Positions 16,674 to 27,912 of a stretch of 64,000 nt of DNA are shown here, piece by piece. The translations under genes and the position numbers were made by a program. The notes beneath the pieces were generated by a model. The model saw only the letters and a list, made by a program, of their open reading frames with translations, ran no database searches and was not told the origin of the DNA. The stretch's first letter is position 1. The number at the start of each line of letters is the position of its first letter. This DNA comes from a virus: positions 1 through 64,000 of the IMG/VR virus record IMGVR_UViG_3300022751_000018. One strand, written 5' to 3'.

Positions 16674-18796
16674 TGAATCACAAGGTAATCTCTGGATTAT
16701 TTCATAAGCCAATTAAAATGTGGACGAATGGTTTGTCAGTTGAAGACGATGCGCTGACTCAGTTGAAAAATACTGCGTCAATGTCATTTGTTCGCCCTCA
16801 TGTCTCCGTAATGCCCGATGTTCATCTAGGCAAAGGGTCAACGATTGGGAGCGTAATACCTACGCAAGGCGCGATAATTCCGGCAACAGTTGGTGTTGAC
16901 ATTGGATGCTTTGTTGGCGAAACAAAGATTCCTCTGCTTAATGGAACACAAAAAACTCTTAAAGAGCTGGCAGAATATACAGAGCCGTTTTGGGTTTATT
17001 CTTGCAGTAATTTTAAAGTTGTTGCAGGTAAAGCTACTTGTAAAAAAACCAGAAAAGATGCTGATCTAGTTAAAGTTACTATATCTGGAGGTGATGAAAT
17101 AATATGCACCCCAGATCATAAATTTATGTTATTTGATGGTAGCTATAAAGAAGCCAAGGATCTTTCATATAATGAAAGTCTAATGCCTCTTTATAGAAAA
17201 TGGCATAAAAAAGATGGCTATGAAAGCTCTAACTGTGGATACAACACATCAAATTTGACTCATTGGGCATCATGGGAATCTATACATGGAGAAATACCCA
17301 AGGGATATGTTATTCACCACAGAGATCATTTTTATCTTAACAATGATCCAGATAATTTAGAGGCAATGACTGCAAGAGATCATTCAAAGCATCATAGGTT
17401 GGACAATCAAACATTTGACAATTCAAGCGAAGAGTTTCAAAAATTAAGAATGGCAGGAATAAAAAGAAGAGTATCAGATCCTGTGTCTTTTGAGAAAATG
17501 GTCAAGGTTGGAACTGAAAATATTAAAAAATACATGGAAGAGTCAAGAGAGGATTTTCTCGACAAGGTGAAGGATAATGGAAAAAGAGGGGCGCCATATT
17601 TACATAAATTTAATACGTCGCCACGCTCATGTGATGAATGCGACCATACTTCTAAGAACCCAGCGGCATTAAATTGGCATAAAAGAAAAGAGCATGGTAG
17701 TAATCATAGGGTCATTTCTGTAGAAAATCTTGGATTTAAGGATGATGTATATTGTCTAACAGTAGAAGACCATCACAACTTTGCATTATGCGCGGGTGTT
17801 TTTGTTCATAATTGCGGAATGATGGCCATTAAAACATCTTTGATGGCTTCAGATCTTCCCGATAACTTATTTGGCATTCGGTCGGCAATTGAATCGGCCG
17901 TTCCCCATGGTAGAAATGGCGGCCAAGGTCGAGACAAGGGAGCCTGGGGAAATATTCCACATGGAATAAGAAATATTTGGAATGCACAACTTTTAACTGA
18001 TTTTTATAAAATAGTCGATAAATATCCTTCACTTAGAAAGACTAACAATGACAATCACTTAGGAACTCTAGGCACGGGAAACCATTTTATTGAGCTCTGC
18101 ATCGATGAAGATAGTCATGTCTGGGTTATGTTGCACTCAGGATCTCGCGGCGTAGGCAATGCGATAGGCACGTTATTCATTGAGTTAGCAAAGAAAGACA
18201 TGCAGCGTTATTTCATTAACTTACCTGATGTCGATTTAGCTTATCTGCCAGAAGGATCTGTTTATTTTGACGATTACATCTTTGCATTAAATTGGGCTCA
18301 GAAGTTTGCAGCGTTGAATCGTGAAATCATGATGGATAATGTCTTGTCAGCGCTTCACTCAATCATAACGAAGAAATTCTGCTGTCTCGAAGAAGCAATA
18401 AACTGCCATCACAACTACGTTCAAAAGGAGCATCATTTTGGAAAAAATCTTTGGATTACTCGTAAAGGCGCTGTGTCTGCCAAGGAATCTCAGTTGGGAA
18501 TTATTCCTGGCAGCATGGGCGCTAAAAGCTTTATTGTTCGAGGTCTTGGCAATGCCGATTCGTTTCATTCGTGCAGTCATGGCGCGGGAAGGGTAATGAG
18601 CCGAACTCAGGCTAAAAAAATAATAACGCTTGATGATCATATCAAAGCCACGAGTCATGTCGAGTGCAGAAAGGATGAAGATGTGATCGACGAGTCACCG
18701 TCTTGTTACAAAGATATTGATTCAGTCATGGCGGCTCAGCCTGATTTGGTTGAAATTGTTCATACACTACGACAAGTAGTCTGTGTTAAGGGGTAA
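16673..18796 (+). CDS. rtcB: RtcB-family RNA 3-prime-phosphate/cyclase-end ligase, interrupted by an intein
   Basis: Extein motifs: MPDVHLGKGSTIGSV, GVDIG|C..., GTGNHFIELC, CSHGAGR. The spliced extein totals 78 + 328 aa. Confidence 0.85.
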   Translation: MNHKVISGLFHKPIKMWTNGLSVEDDALTQLKNTASMSFVRPHVSVMPDVHLGKGSTIGSVIPTQGAIIPATVGVDIGCFVGETKIPLLNGTQKTLKELAEYTEPFWVYSCSNFKVVAGKATCKKTRKDADLVKVTISGGDEIICTPDHKFMLFDGSYKEAKDLSYNESLMPLYRKWHKKDGYESSNCGYNTSNLTHWASWESIHGEIPKGYVIHHRDHFYLNNDPDNLEAMTARDHSKHHRLDNQTFDNSSEEFQKLRMAGIKRRVSDPVSFEKMVKVGTENIKKYMEESREDFLDKVKDNGKRGAPYLHKFNTSPRSCDECDHTSKNPAALNWHKRKEHGSNHRVISVENLGFKDDVYCLTVEDHHNFALCAGVFVHNCGMMAIKTSLMASDLPDNLFGIRSAIESAVPHGRNGGQGRDKGAWGNIPHGIRNIWNAQLLTDFYKIVDKYPSLRKTNNDNHLGTLGTGNHFIELCIDEDSHVWVMLHSGSRGVGNAIGTLFIELAKKDMQRYFINLPDVDLAYLPEGSVYFDDYIFALNWAQKFAALNREIMMDNVLSALHSIITKKFCCLEEAINCHHNYVQKEHHFGKNLWITRKGAVSAKESQLGIIPGSMGAKSFIVRGLGNADSFHSCSHGAGRVMSRTQAKKIITLDDHIKATSHVECRKDEDVIDESPSCYKDIDSVMAAQPDLVEIVHTLRQVVCVKG
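16907..17812 (+). other. intein (302 aa) inserted at the catalytic Cys of the RtcB GVDIGCGM motif; carries an HNH endonuclease plus a zinc-finger domain
   Basis: Starts CFVGETKIPLLNG and ends VFVHN followed by CGMMAIK. Internal HNH motif YVIHHRDHFYLNNDPDNLEAMTARDHSKHH and zinc finger CDECDHTSKNPAALNWHKRKEH. Confidence 0.8.
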
Positions 18797-18799
18797 AAA

Positions 18800-19120
18800 A
18801 TGAAATGGTTAGCAATTACAGAAACAGAGCCAGAGCCTAATAGGTTGGTTATATTCAGAGCTATTAAGAGGGATGATGATAAATCTTTATTTAAAGGATG
18901 CGCATCATTTCCGACAAAATTAGACCCTATTCCATGCGAGATTGGCTATTTTGTTTCAAGATATAGCAATATAGAGGGAACTTTTTTTATATTACGAGGA
19001 GTTCAAAAAGAAAATTTCAATAAGCTAATTGAATTTAAAGTTGAGCTTTGGGGCATGGGTGAAAAGCACCAATTCTGTTACTTGGATGAAGAAGAGCTAG
19101 GGGATAAAAATGTTAGTTGA
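18800..19120 (+). CDS. hypothetical protein
   Basis: 106-aa ORF. Confidence 0.35.
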   Translation: MKWLAITETEPEPNRLVIFRAIKRDDDKSLFKGCASFPTKLDPIPCEIGYFVSRYSNIEGTFFILRGVQKENFNKLIEFKVELWGMGEKHQFCYLDEEELGDKNVS

Positions 19121-20822
19121 GCTAAGCGAAAAAGAAATACTATTGGTGGATTTTCTTTTAAATAATTTTGGATATAGAGATGATTACATTAACTATGATG
19201 ATGAATCTTATGACCCAGAATTGCTAGAAATAATGAAAAATAGGTTCGACAATATTTTATTAGCTAGAGTTGGGGTCAATAATGAATGATAAATTAGAAT
19301 TATTAGCCGAGCATTCAATAATCAATAAAATAGAAGAAGATGATGAGAATTTATTCATAATGACTAAAATTGGAATACATGAACTAAGAATTGTAATCAG
19401 AAAGCATGATAGCGGCAATCAGCTTGATGAAATAGATATCTATATAAACAGAAATAATTGCTTTATTGGCGATAAAGAAGATATTCAGATAGCAAATATT
19501 GATCTTGGTTTTATAAGAAAAATGCTACCCGTCTGTGAGCTAATAGAGGATTACTCAAAAAATGAAACCGTTTAAATTTAGAGTCTGGGATAATCAAAAC
19601 AAGAATTTTGACCTAACAGATCAATGTTTTATTTCAAGTGAAGGAAGAATTTACCATAAATCTGCTTATATATGCGTTGATATTACAGATCGTATTGATA
19701 TTGAAATATCCTACTCAATCGGACTTTTCGACAAAAATGATAAACAAATATTCGAAGGGGATGTATTTCATTATGGAGACTGTAATTACTTAGTAAAATA
19801 TTGCTCATACAGCGCTAGATTTATAATGCGCCACTTCGATTATGATGATGAATATGATTTTAATGATATGGAAGATTGGAATGATGTTGAAATAATCGGA
19901 AACAGATTCGAAAACCCCGAAATTTTGGATAAATTAAAGTGAAAGTTTACTATAAATATGATGGCATTATAGAAATAGAAGGCGTGAAAGTTCCGATGTC
20001 ATTTTTCAATGAAGAGAAAGACAAAGAGTATTTTTCAATGACTGATATGTTTCCTGGCGTTTATGACAAAGGAATGATTACGGACCGAAAATTAACCATG
20101 ATAAAAAATAAATATTTGGAGAGCTTTAAATGAACATAGAAGACAAAAAACTAGACCTTGAGATAATGAAAAAATGGCGAGAAGAATCAAGGAAACAAAC
20201 TCTTGAAACCTTGCCTGCATTTATTGAGGAAATTAAAAGCTATAAGCACTGCTATAGCTCTATAGTAACCGGCATGGCTTCGGCGGCTAATGCGACAATA
20301 TCAGCGTTAGATAGAAGTGAATGCGGAGGAATAACAGGATTTCAATCGGTCTGCCTTATGTGGGAGATGGTTGGTTTATTGACTTTTAAAGAAGGCCCCA
20401 TGAAGCTTATTTCATTTGAAGATATGCTTTATCCTCAGAATGAAGAAAAATTCTCAAAAGTAATGACAAAAAAAACGTTTGAATGTTTGCAAGATAAAGC
20501 AACAGAACTCTTGAAAGACAAAATGTTTTCAGCGCATCCAGACGTTAAAAAACACTGGCAATCTATTGTTGATGGCGTTGTTCCGTTTGGTTATGAGATT
20601 GAGTATTTAAAATGAAAGAAGTAACTATTAATTGTAAAAATTTAACGCCTTTACCAAGTTATAAAAACAGTGATCTATGGTTGATAGAGCTTGTTAAGGA
20701 ATTAGAGGCCGAAGAGGCATTTAAATTGGGGCTTTCTCATATCCATTTCAGCGTTTCTGCAAAGACCTATTCTAAAATGATAAAAGTGGGTAACTTTTTT
20801 TACGACATACAAATAAATAAGA

Positions 20823-21200
20823 GTGAAAATTATGCCTAAATTAAAAAAAATATTGTGCATTGTTGGCGTGGTAGTTTTTGTCCCCTTTGCGATGCTTTCT
20901 TCTTGCGACACATCGGTAGGACAAAGAGTAGGAGTTATTGTCAAGGTAGCCGATGAAGGTAAGTTCATGAAAACGCATGAGGCTGAATTGATTAGAGGCG
21001 GCATGAGCAACGGTGGCGGCGCGTTTGGGGCCAAGCCTTTTGACTTTACGATCAGTAATTCAAAGGTCTACAAAGACGCCATGCGTGCGATGCAGACACA
21101 GCATGAAGTAAACGTTAGTTACCACTGCGAACTGTACTCTTTCCACTTTTCAAACACGGCGGATAATTGTTTCGCTGATAACATAACGGAGATTAAATAA
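20823..21200 (+). CDS. putative lipoprotein
   Basis: Signal peptide ending in the lipobox LSSC (MKIMPKLKKILCIVGVVVFVPFAMLSSCDTS). Confidence 0.45.
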   Translation: MKIMPKLKKILCIVGVVVFVPFAMLSSCDTSVGQRVGVIVKVADEGKFMKTHEAELIRGGMSNGGGAFGAKPFDFTISNSKVYKDAMRAMQTQHEVNVSYHCELYSFHFSNTADNCFADNITEIK

Positions 21201-21382
21201 TGAACATAGCTATTTTTGTAATTGTTACTATGTACATGCTGCTTGGAATTGTTGGCGCCATGGGTCATCGGAAGGCTGCCGGAGAAGATCTTCAAGCAAA
21301 GAAAACTCTTGCGATTATTTGGGTCATGATGATCCCACTTTTCATTTTGTCTTTGATTAAACTTTTTATAGGATAAAATTAA

Positions 21383-21613
21383 ATGAACCTATTTGATGCT
21401 CATAATAATCATTTAATGAACGGTAGAAAAATAAAGGCATCGCATTGGCGAAAAGATTCTTTTCTTCAAGAGAGGAAAATTGAAACTTATTTTTGCGGAC
21501 AATATGGCGAAAATACTTGCATAGTAGATCAAGATGGAAGGTTTGTTTCTCATTTTTACAAAGACTATTGGCCTCGTGAATATTACATGTACGAATGGGA
21601 GGTTGTTGAATGA
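21383..21613 (+). CDS. DUF2829 (Tad2-like) family small protein
   Basis: MNLFDAHNNHLMNGRKIKASHW ... EWEVVE. Confidence 0.3.
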   Translation: MNLFDAHNNHLMNGRKIKASHWRKDSFLQERKIETYFCGQYGENTCIVDQDGRFVSHFYKDYWPREYYMYEWEVVE

Positions 21614-21775
21614 ACACATGGGTTTTAATAATTCAGCTTAGTTTGTCTCAATATAATAGCATTATCACTATTCCTAACTTTAATTCTCAATCTACATGCC
21701 AGAAACAGGCTGATTATTTAACCAGAAGCCAAAATTTACCTCGAGCGTTCTGCATAGAAACAGACTCAAAGTTTT

Positions 21776-21799
21776 AAAGGTGTCGAATTCGACACCTTT
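21776..21799 (+). terminator. perfect palindromic hairpin AAAGGTGTCGAATTCGACACCTTT
   Basis: 9-bp stem and 4-nt loop in an intergenic region. Only a short T tract follows. Confidence 0.35.
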
Positions 21800-21837
21800 A
21801 CATCAACAAATCATCGCATTATTTATTGCAATATCCA

Positions 21838-21866
21838 TTGACAATACATATCGGTAAGTATACACT
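21838..21866 (+). promoter_or_regulatory. consensus-like promoter: TTGACA, 17-nt spacer, TACACT, with an upstream ATCGCATTA box
   Basis: Read directly from the sequence. Confidence 0.45.
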
Positions 21867-21891
21867 GATAAAAATTAAAAAGGAGATTGAA

Positions 21892-21948
21892 ATGTGCCCG
21901 TTACTAATAATTATCGCCTTCTGTGTAGTTGTGGATCTGATTAAATGA
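21892..21948 (+). CDS. 18-aa hydrophobic micro-ORF (MCPLLIIIAFCVVVDLIK) overlapping the start of the next gene
   Basis: Strong RBS AAAGGAGATTGAAATG. Its stop overlaps the ATG of the HNH_3 gene (AAATGATT). Confidence 0.25.
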   Translation: MCPLLIIIAFCVVVDLIK

Positions 21949-22415
21949 TTTTAAATACTTTGGAAGGATTTATTTGTATAAAAGGGTTTGAAGGGTACTA
22001 TTCATTAAATGATAATGGAGATGTTCTCTCAGATAAAAGAAGAGTTCTTTTAAGAAGAAGAGGGCCATCAAAAAGTAGTGTTACGTTAAGCAAAAATGGA
22101 GAAAAAAAATGTTTTTCCGTATCAAGTTTAGTCGTTGAACATTTTAGTGATATTTCCTTGAAAAATAAAAGAAATTTAGTTTTTGATTACATAGATGGAA
22201 ATTCCCATAACAAAAACATTAAAAACATAAGAATAGTTAAAAGAAGCCCTTTTAAAAAAAACTATAAAGATAACTTATTTAAAAAAAGAGTATTAAACAA
22301 TTTAGACAAAATCTGTTTTTTTAGCATAAGATCGGCAGCTAAATTTTATAAAAAAGAACCAATATCAATAAAATATAAGTGTAAAAATAAAATAAAAGGA
22401 TTTCAGTTTATATGA
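21945..22415 (+). CDS. NUMOD4 / HNH_3-type homing endonuclease
   Basis: GFEGYYSLNDNGDVLS and DYIDGNSHNKNIKNIRIV. Confidence 0.55.
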   Translation: MILNTLEGFICIKGFEGYYSLNDNGDVLSDKRRVLLRRRGPSKSSVTLSKNGEKKCFSVSSLVVEHFSDISLKNKRNLVFDYIDGNSHNKNIKNIRIVKRSPFKKNYKDNLFKKRVLNNLDKICFFSIRSAAKFYKKEPISIKYKCKNKIKGFQFI

Positions 22416-22828
22416 AAATATACATACTCATGGCGTCACAGGGTGAATATTCTGATAGAGAAGAAACTCCCGTTAAAGCTTATTTAACCAGGGAGAAGGC
22501 AGAAGCAGCATTGCTGAAGGCTGACGAAGAAGAAAGGGTTCATCGGTATAAGCATAGCCTAGATAATGATTACTGTATTAATCCTGATGATCCATGGTTT
22601 GAAGAAACAACATATTTTATTAACGAAGTGGAGCTAGAGGAATGAAATTTTTAAAATTAAGTAATGCAGATGGGTCTATTGATTTGGTTAATCTTGATTC
22701 CGTTGTCGCTATTTTTGAGGCCCCGAGATCATCAGGTCTAATCATATTTTCTCTAATTGGCGGTAAGAATTATGAGTATAAAGCTTCATCATCATTAATG
22801 GCTCAGGAATTTATAAAAGGAATATTCG

Positions 22829-23287
22829 ATGAAAACAGTCATATTTGACCTAGACGGAACGTTGGCGGATGTATCCCATAGGAGACGTTTTAAAGACGAT
22901 GGCTCGTTTGATTGGAAGTATTTTAATGATCCTGAGAATATTAAGAATGACACTCCTAATAAGCCTATAATTGATTTATACAATCATTTTAGGCTTGGAG
23001 AAAAATACAAGTCTGTTGTTCTATCAGGAAGGATGAAGGATCATTTTGATATAACCGTTGATTGGTTTAGAAAGCATGTTGATGCTTACATGTTGATATC
23101 TCACACCATTATTATGAGAGAAATTGGAGACTATCGAGAAGACTATATCATCAAGAAAGAAATGCTAGATAATTTGCTAAGCAAAGGCCACGAAATAGCA
23201 TTCGCAATCGATGATCGGGATCAGATCGTAGAGCTATGGCGTAGTCTTGGTATTACTTGTCTTCAGTGTGCTAAGGGGAATTTTTAA
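22829..23287 (+). CDS. HAD-superfamily phosphatase (Pnk 3-prime-phosphatase-like / nucleotidase-like)
   Basis: Motif I VIFDLDGTLADV. Motif II-like VVLSGR. FAIDDRDQ. Confidence 0.6.
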   Translation: MKTVIFDLDGTLADVSHRRRFKDDGSFDWKYFNDPENIKNDTPNKPIIDLYNHFRLGEKYKSVVLSGRMKDHFDITVDWFRKHVDAYMLISHTIIMREIGDYREDYIIKKEMLDNLLSKGHEIAFAIDDRDQIVELWRSLGITCLQCAKGNF

Positions 23288-26200
23288 ATGATTTTAGCCC
23301 TGTACTTTATTATTGGAGCGGTTATCTCTTTTTATTTTACAAAATATGTTGCTAAACCTGATCTTGAAAGGGTAGAGGATGATTTCATGATTGGGCTTGT
23401 GTTTATTGTAATAATGATAGTTTGGCCAGCTATTTTTATAGTTTCTTTACTATTGTTTACTTGTAATTTTATTGGAAAATTATTTTAACAAAGGGGGATT
23501 TTTGATGGACCACATAGCAAGAGATATCATTGATGTTATGTACACTCATAATTGCAATATTTGGCACAGCTCTACCGGAGATTATCTGGAAAGAGGGTGC
23601 GAAAATAAATCTGGACTTGAAGAAAGGCTAAGAAATGTAAAAGATCAGTCTAAACAGCTTCATAAAAAATTAATTGAGTTATCAGAGCATTTAAAACATA
23701 CAGGAGTGCTTTGATGAACAAAAAAGACTATGAATTTAAAATAGCTAGGCTCGAAGAAAAAATAGAAATCCTGGCTGATTGTATCATTACAATGGGGCAA
23801 CATTTTGATACTTCTCCCATGACAACTAATGAATGGCGAAACTTATTCCTGGAGCTTCAGGCCATGATTTTCAGAGGAGGAGAATTACCAGGCGGAAAAA
23901 AAATTGCTCATTATGAATGTAAATATAAATGATTACAGGAGTTTTGAATGAGAAAAGTAACTAAGGAAGAGGTGCTTCATTATCTTGCGAAGAACCAAGG
24001 CAAATGGAATATGTTTTTTGAGATAGAGCATGAGTTAGGCATAGAGCCACGATCAGGATGTGGCCCTAATAAGCGTCATGCAGTAACGCTGAGAAAACTT
24101 TATAAATCTGGAATGATAGGCGGGTGCATTTGCGGTTGCAGAGGTGATTTTGATATCACTGATAAGGGTTTGGAATTTATTGGAATTGAAAGATATGCTG
24201 AATATCATGGATATTAGCTTTATAAAACAGTTTTTCTGTAAGCATAAATTTCAGTTTACACATGAAATTATTGATTATTATGGGAGTTACAGGGGTCGAG
24301 ATGTTTATAAGCATGGCGGATTCAATACATGCGAATTATGCGCAAAAAGAAAGAGGATGTATTAAATGAAAAAAAATCAAGTATGGGTTGAATATGACTC
24401 GCAAACAAATTCTATTAGTCTTGATAATATTAACGTGGTAGAAAGACAGCAGAGATCGTATTGTCCTTCTATTTCAAATCCTGATGTACTATCAGAAGAA
24501 TACAAAATGGATATAAAAAATTACTGTCTTCTGGAGTTTTCTGTTGACGATAGAATAGATAGAGAAAATTTAGCATTAGAGGTATTCGAAAGAATAAAAA
24601 AAGAGATGCTAAATTATTCTCAGCCTGATCTAAAAAGATTTAGAGAGTCGTTGCTTATGGTTGCATATTCAGTATATCCAAAAATGTTCTGCCCTAGTGA
24701 CAAAGCCATTTTTGATAAAATGAATGAACTAAGGAGGCTAGCAGAATGAAAAAAACCAGCTTCCTATGTACCTTCCTTCTCTGTTGGATAATATGCACGC
24801 TGATTATGTCGATAATATATCATTTACCTGCGTTAGTTTTGGCATCAATTTTATGCCTTGCTGTTCTTGTAATAGTTGAAAATTCAGATAAAAAAGGAAA
24901 ATGAAATGAAGAAATACGATGTCACTATATGCAGCAAAGCTTCATATAATCTAACTATCATGTCTGAATCTGAGGATCAGGCATTAAGAGACGCAGTAAA
25001 ATTTATGGAAGGACAGGATTTTTATTATAATGGAATATCTATAGGCAATTTCAATTTCAATATAACCGATACTTTTGTCGGAGAGGCTTAATTATGAACC
25101 ACCATGAATCATACGCTTTACAAAAAGAACGTGAGCTTGACGAAATAAGAAACACAGATGAATTTATAGCCCTTTCCTTTGAAGAAAAAAACAGAAGGAC
25201 AATGGAGTTTTTAGAGGCTAACTTCACTATTAAGCGACCTACTAAAGTTATTCAAGACATATCTTGAGTCTCAATTAATTTATATTATATCGCTATAATC
25301 CTTTACTTATTTATCGCATTATGATAATCTATTCATGATCAAATAATAAAAGGCGAACAAATGCTAAACTTACGAATAAACAAAACAGAACACGAAACTT
25401 TGCTTGATATGATGTCACTTGCAATGATGGTCGCATACGAAGCTGGTGCTGATGATGCTCATTATAGAAGCATGACATCTATGTATAACACAATCCTGGA
25501 AATGAGTCATGATAGAAAAAACGCTCTGTCAGACGAAAAGCTTGACATGCTTCAGGATAAATATCTTTTCCCTGCTTGCATGACTTTTTACAAGAAAATG
25601 AATGATGACATCAAAGAGGCGGTAGAAGTGGTTGCGGCACCTATCGAGTCGCAGGTGATTCGATGATTAAAGAAACTATACTTGCTTATGCGCTTTTGTG
25701 TGATTCTAGCGGGTTCAGCGTGGACAGCGCATTAATCGGCCTTAATGCGCAAGTTAAACAACATATTCAAGAAGGCTGGCAGCCCTTTGAATCTCCTTTA
25801 AAATCTGCTCAATCAATGACAGTTTGCCAAGCCGTCGTTAAATATCAGGAGTAGCTCATGCTTGTCGCTCACCCAAGAACAGAGAAACAATTTATCGATG
25901 ACATCACATGCAGACTTGAACAAATAATAAATATTTCTTCAGAAATGAAGCGTGATATAGATAGAATTAAGTGGTATAAATTCCAAATTGATAGTTTGAA
26001 TAAAAATATTTCTTTTCTAACAGAGGATTTTGACAGCTTCATTGAGATTCTTAAATATGAGAAATAACGATGCAATATGGAAAAGGATATTATCTCCTCA
26101 AGATCCTGTGGTTACTGAAGATGACATATTTTACAGAGAATCATTAGAAAGATTGCATAAGAATGGAATTAGCTATTGGGCTGAACAATTCGAGCAAAAA

Positions 26201-27912
26201 GTCGTTGATGCAAAAAAGGACTTTATGCCCATGCTCACCATGGTTTCAAAAGGAATTTTTATTCATTCTCATTATTACGATGGCCATCGATGCATAGGAA
26301 ATCCAAATAAAATTTGCGACAAAATGTCAGTTAGTGATATAATGGAATCAACGGATTGCTTTAATATTTATGGAAATTTGAAAGAGCATAAACTGATAGA
26401 ACTACATAACAACACTTATATTTTAACTGAAAAAGGATCAGTTGTGTTTAACAGAATTAAGGAAAGTAAAAATGAAAGTTAATTTAACATTAAAAGAGCT
26501 TGAGTGGATTATCACAGGAATATATACGGCTAATGGAGAATCAGCGTATGAACATGAAGAAACCGATGTCATGATTTTTGCAAGAAAACTAGAAAATATA
26601 ATGAAAAACACCACGACAATAGGAAAGTAAAAATGCTAATTGACATCGACAATCGAGAGGCTCACATCCTAATCGAAGCTCTTTTCCCTGAAAAGCACAG
26701 GCAAGATAAAAGTTTAGCATACAAAGAATTTTGCGAACTGCTTCAGCTTAAAATTATTCGTCATAAAGACAAACTTTTGTCTCAATTTAAATGCAACGAA
26801 TACGAGAGAACATAAATATGCTAGTAGAGCTATCTTACGACGAAATAGAATACTTAAGACTTGGAATCATGAGCTTAAGACACACGCTTGATCTTTCGCC
26901 TAAGCAATCAATCGAGAACTCTTACTTAGAGATTAAACTTTATGAATCAATCACGGGAGATAAAAATGCTAGTTGATTTAACAGAGTGGGAGGCCAAGGT
27001 TCTTAGAGCTGAGTTTTCAATGCCTCATACTCTTGGCAGATTTTTGCCGGAAGCTTATAAAAAACGTGATGCACTTTTAGAAAAGCTAAATAATATGGCG
27101 GATAATTTCAATGAGGATTATAAAAGTACGTGCAAGCCTGAAATAACGAATGGCGGCCATCTTAAAATATCTGACGATTTATTATTAGATATTTTCATTA
27201 AAAAATTCTTAAGCAAAGACGATGTTAATACTATTCTTGATGTTTTCTACGCTAGAAAATGTGGCATGGATCCTTCGCTTAAGCAGTACAAAGATATTAA
27301 AGATTTAGAACTAAAACTTAGAAAACTATATCCAGAGGTAGAAAAATGATAATCGAAAAAGACAAAAAATGGCTTGAGCTATCTGCTAAGTACAATATTA
27401 ATAGAATTCTCAAGCACTACGAGCTGGCAAAGCTAAATCATACATGTTTTGAATCTATAGACATAATTTTGCATGAGCTAAACTCACTGAAAAAACATCT
27501 TAACAAATTTATTGAATCTAAAGAGGAAAAATAATCAATGAAACCCGAAAACGGAATTAACCATCTAAAAAATATGAACGCTAGAATCGCGAAAGGAATA
27601 GAGCGACGCCGCGTGTTTAGCAAGTACTTTAAAAACGGCAGAGACGAAGGTCAGTTTGACAAAGCATGTCGAGCGCTAGAAACTGGGCTTGGCTATTCAG
27701 AAGAAGATTTTAACAACATTAAAGAGCTGTTGAAATTCGATGAACGCGTGCAGCTTGATGTCATTCGATCGTTTCTTAGTCATGAAGAAGTGGACGAAAT
27801 TATAGCTGGCCTAGGATGCACTCAATCAGAGTGCGGATTATCTCAAAATGAGATGAAATTTATCTCATCGATTTCACTTAAATTAGAAAAACTTTACGAA
27901 TAGGAGCATGAA

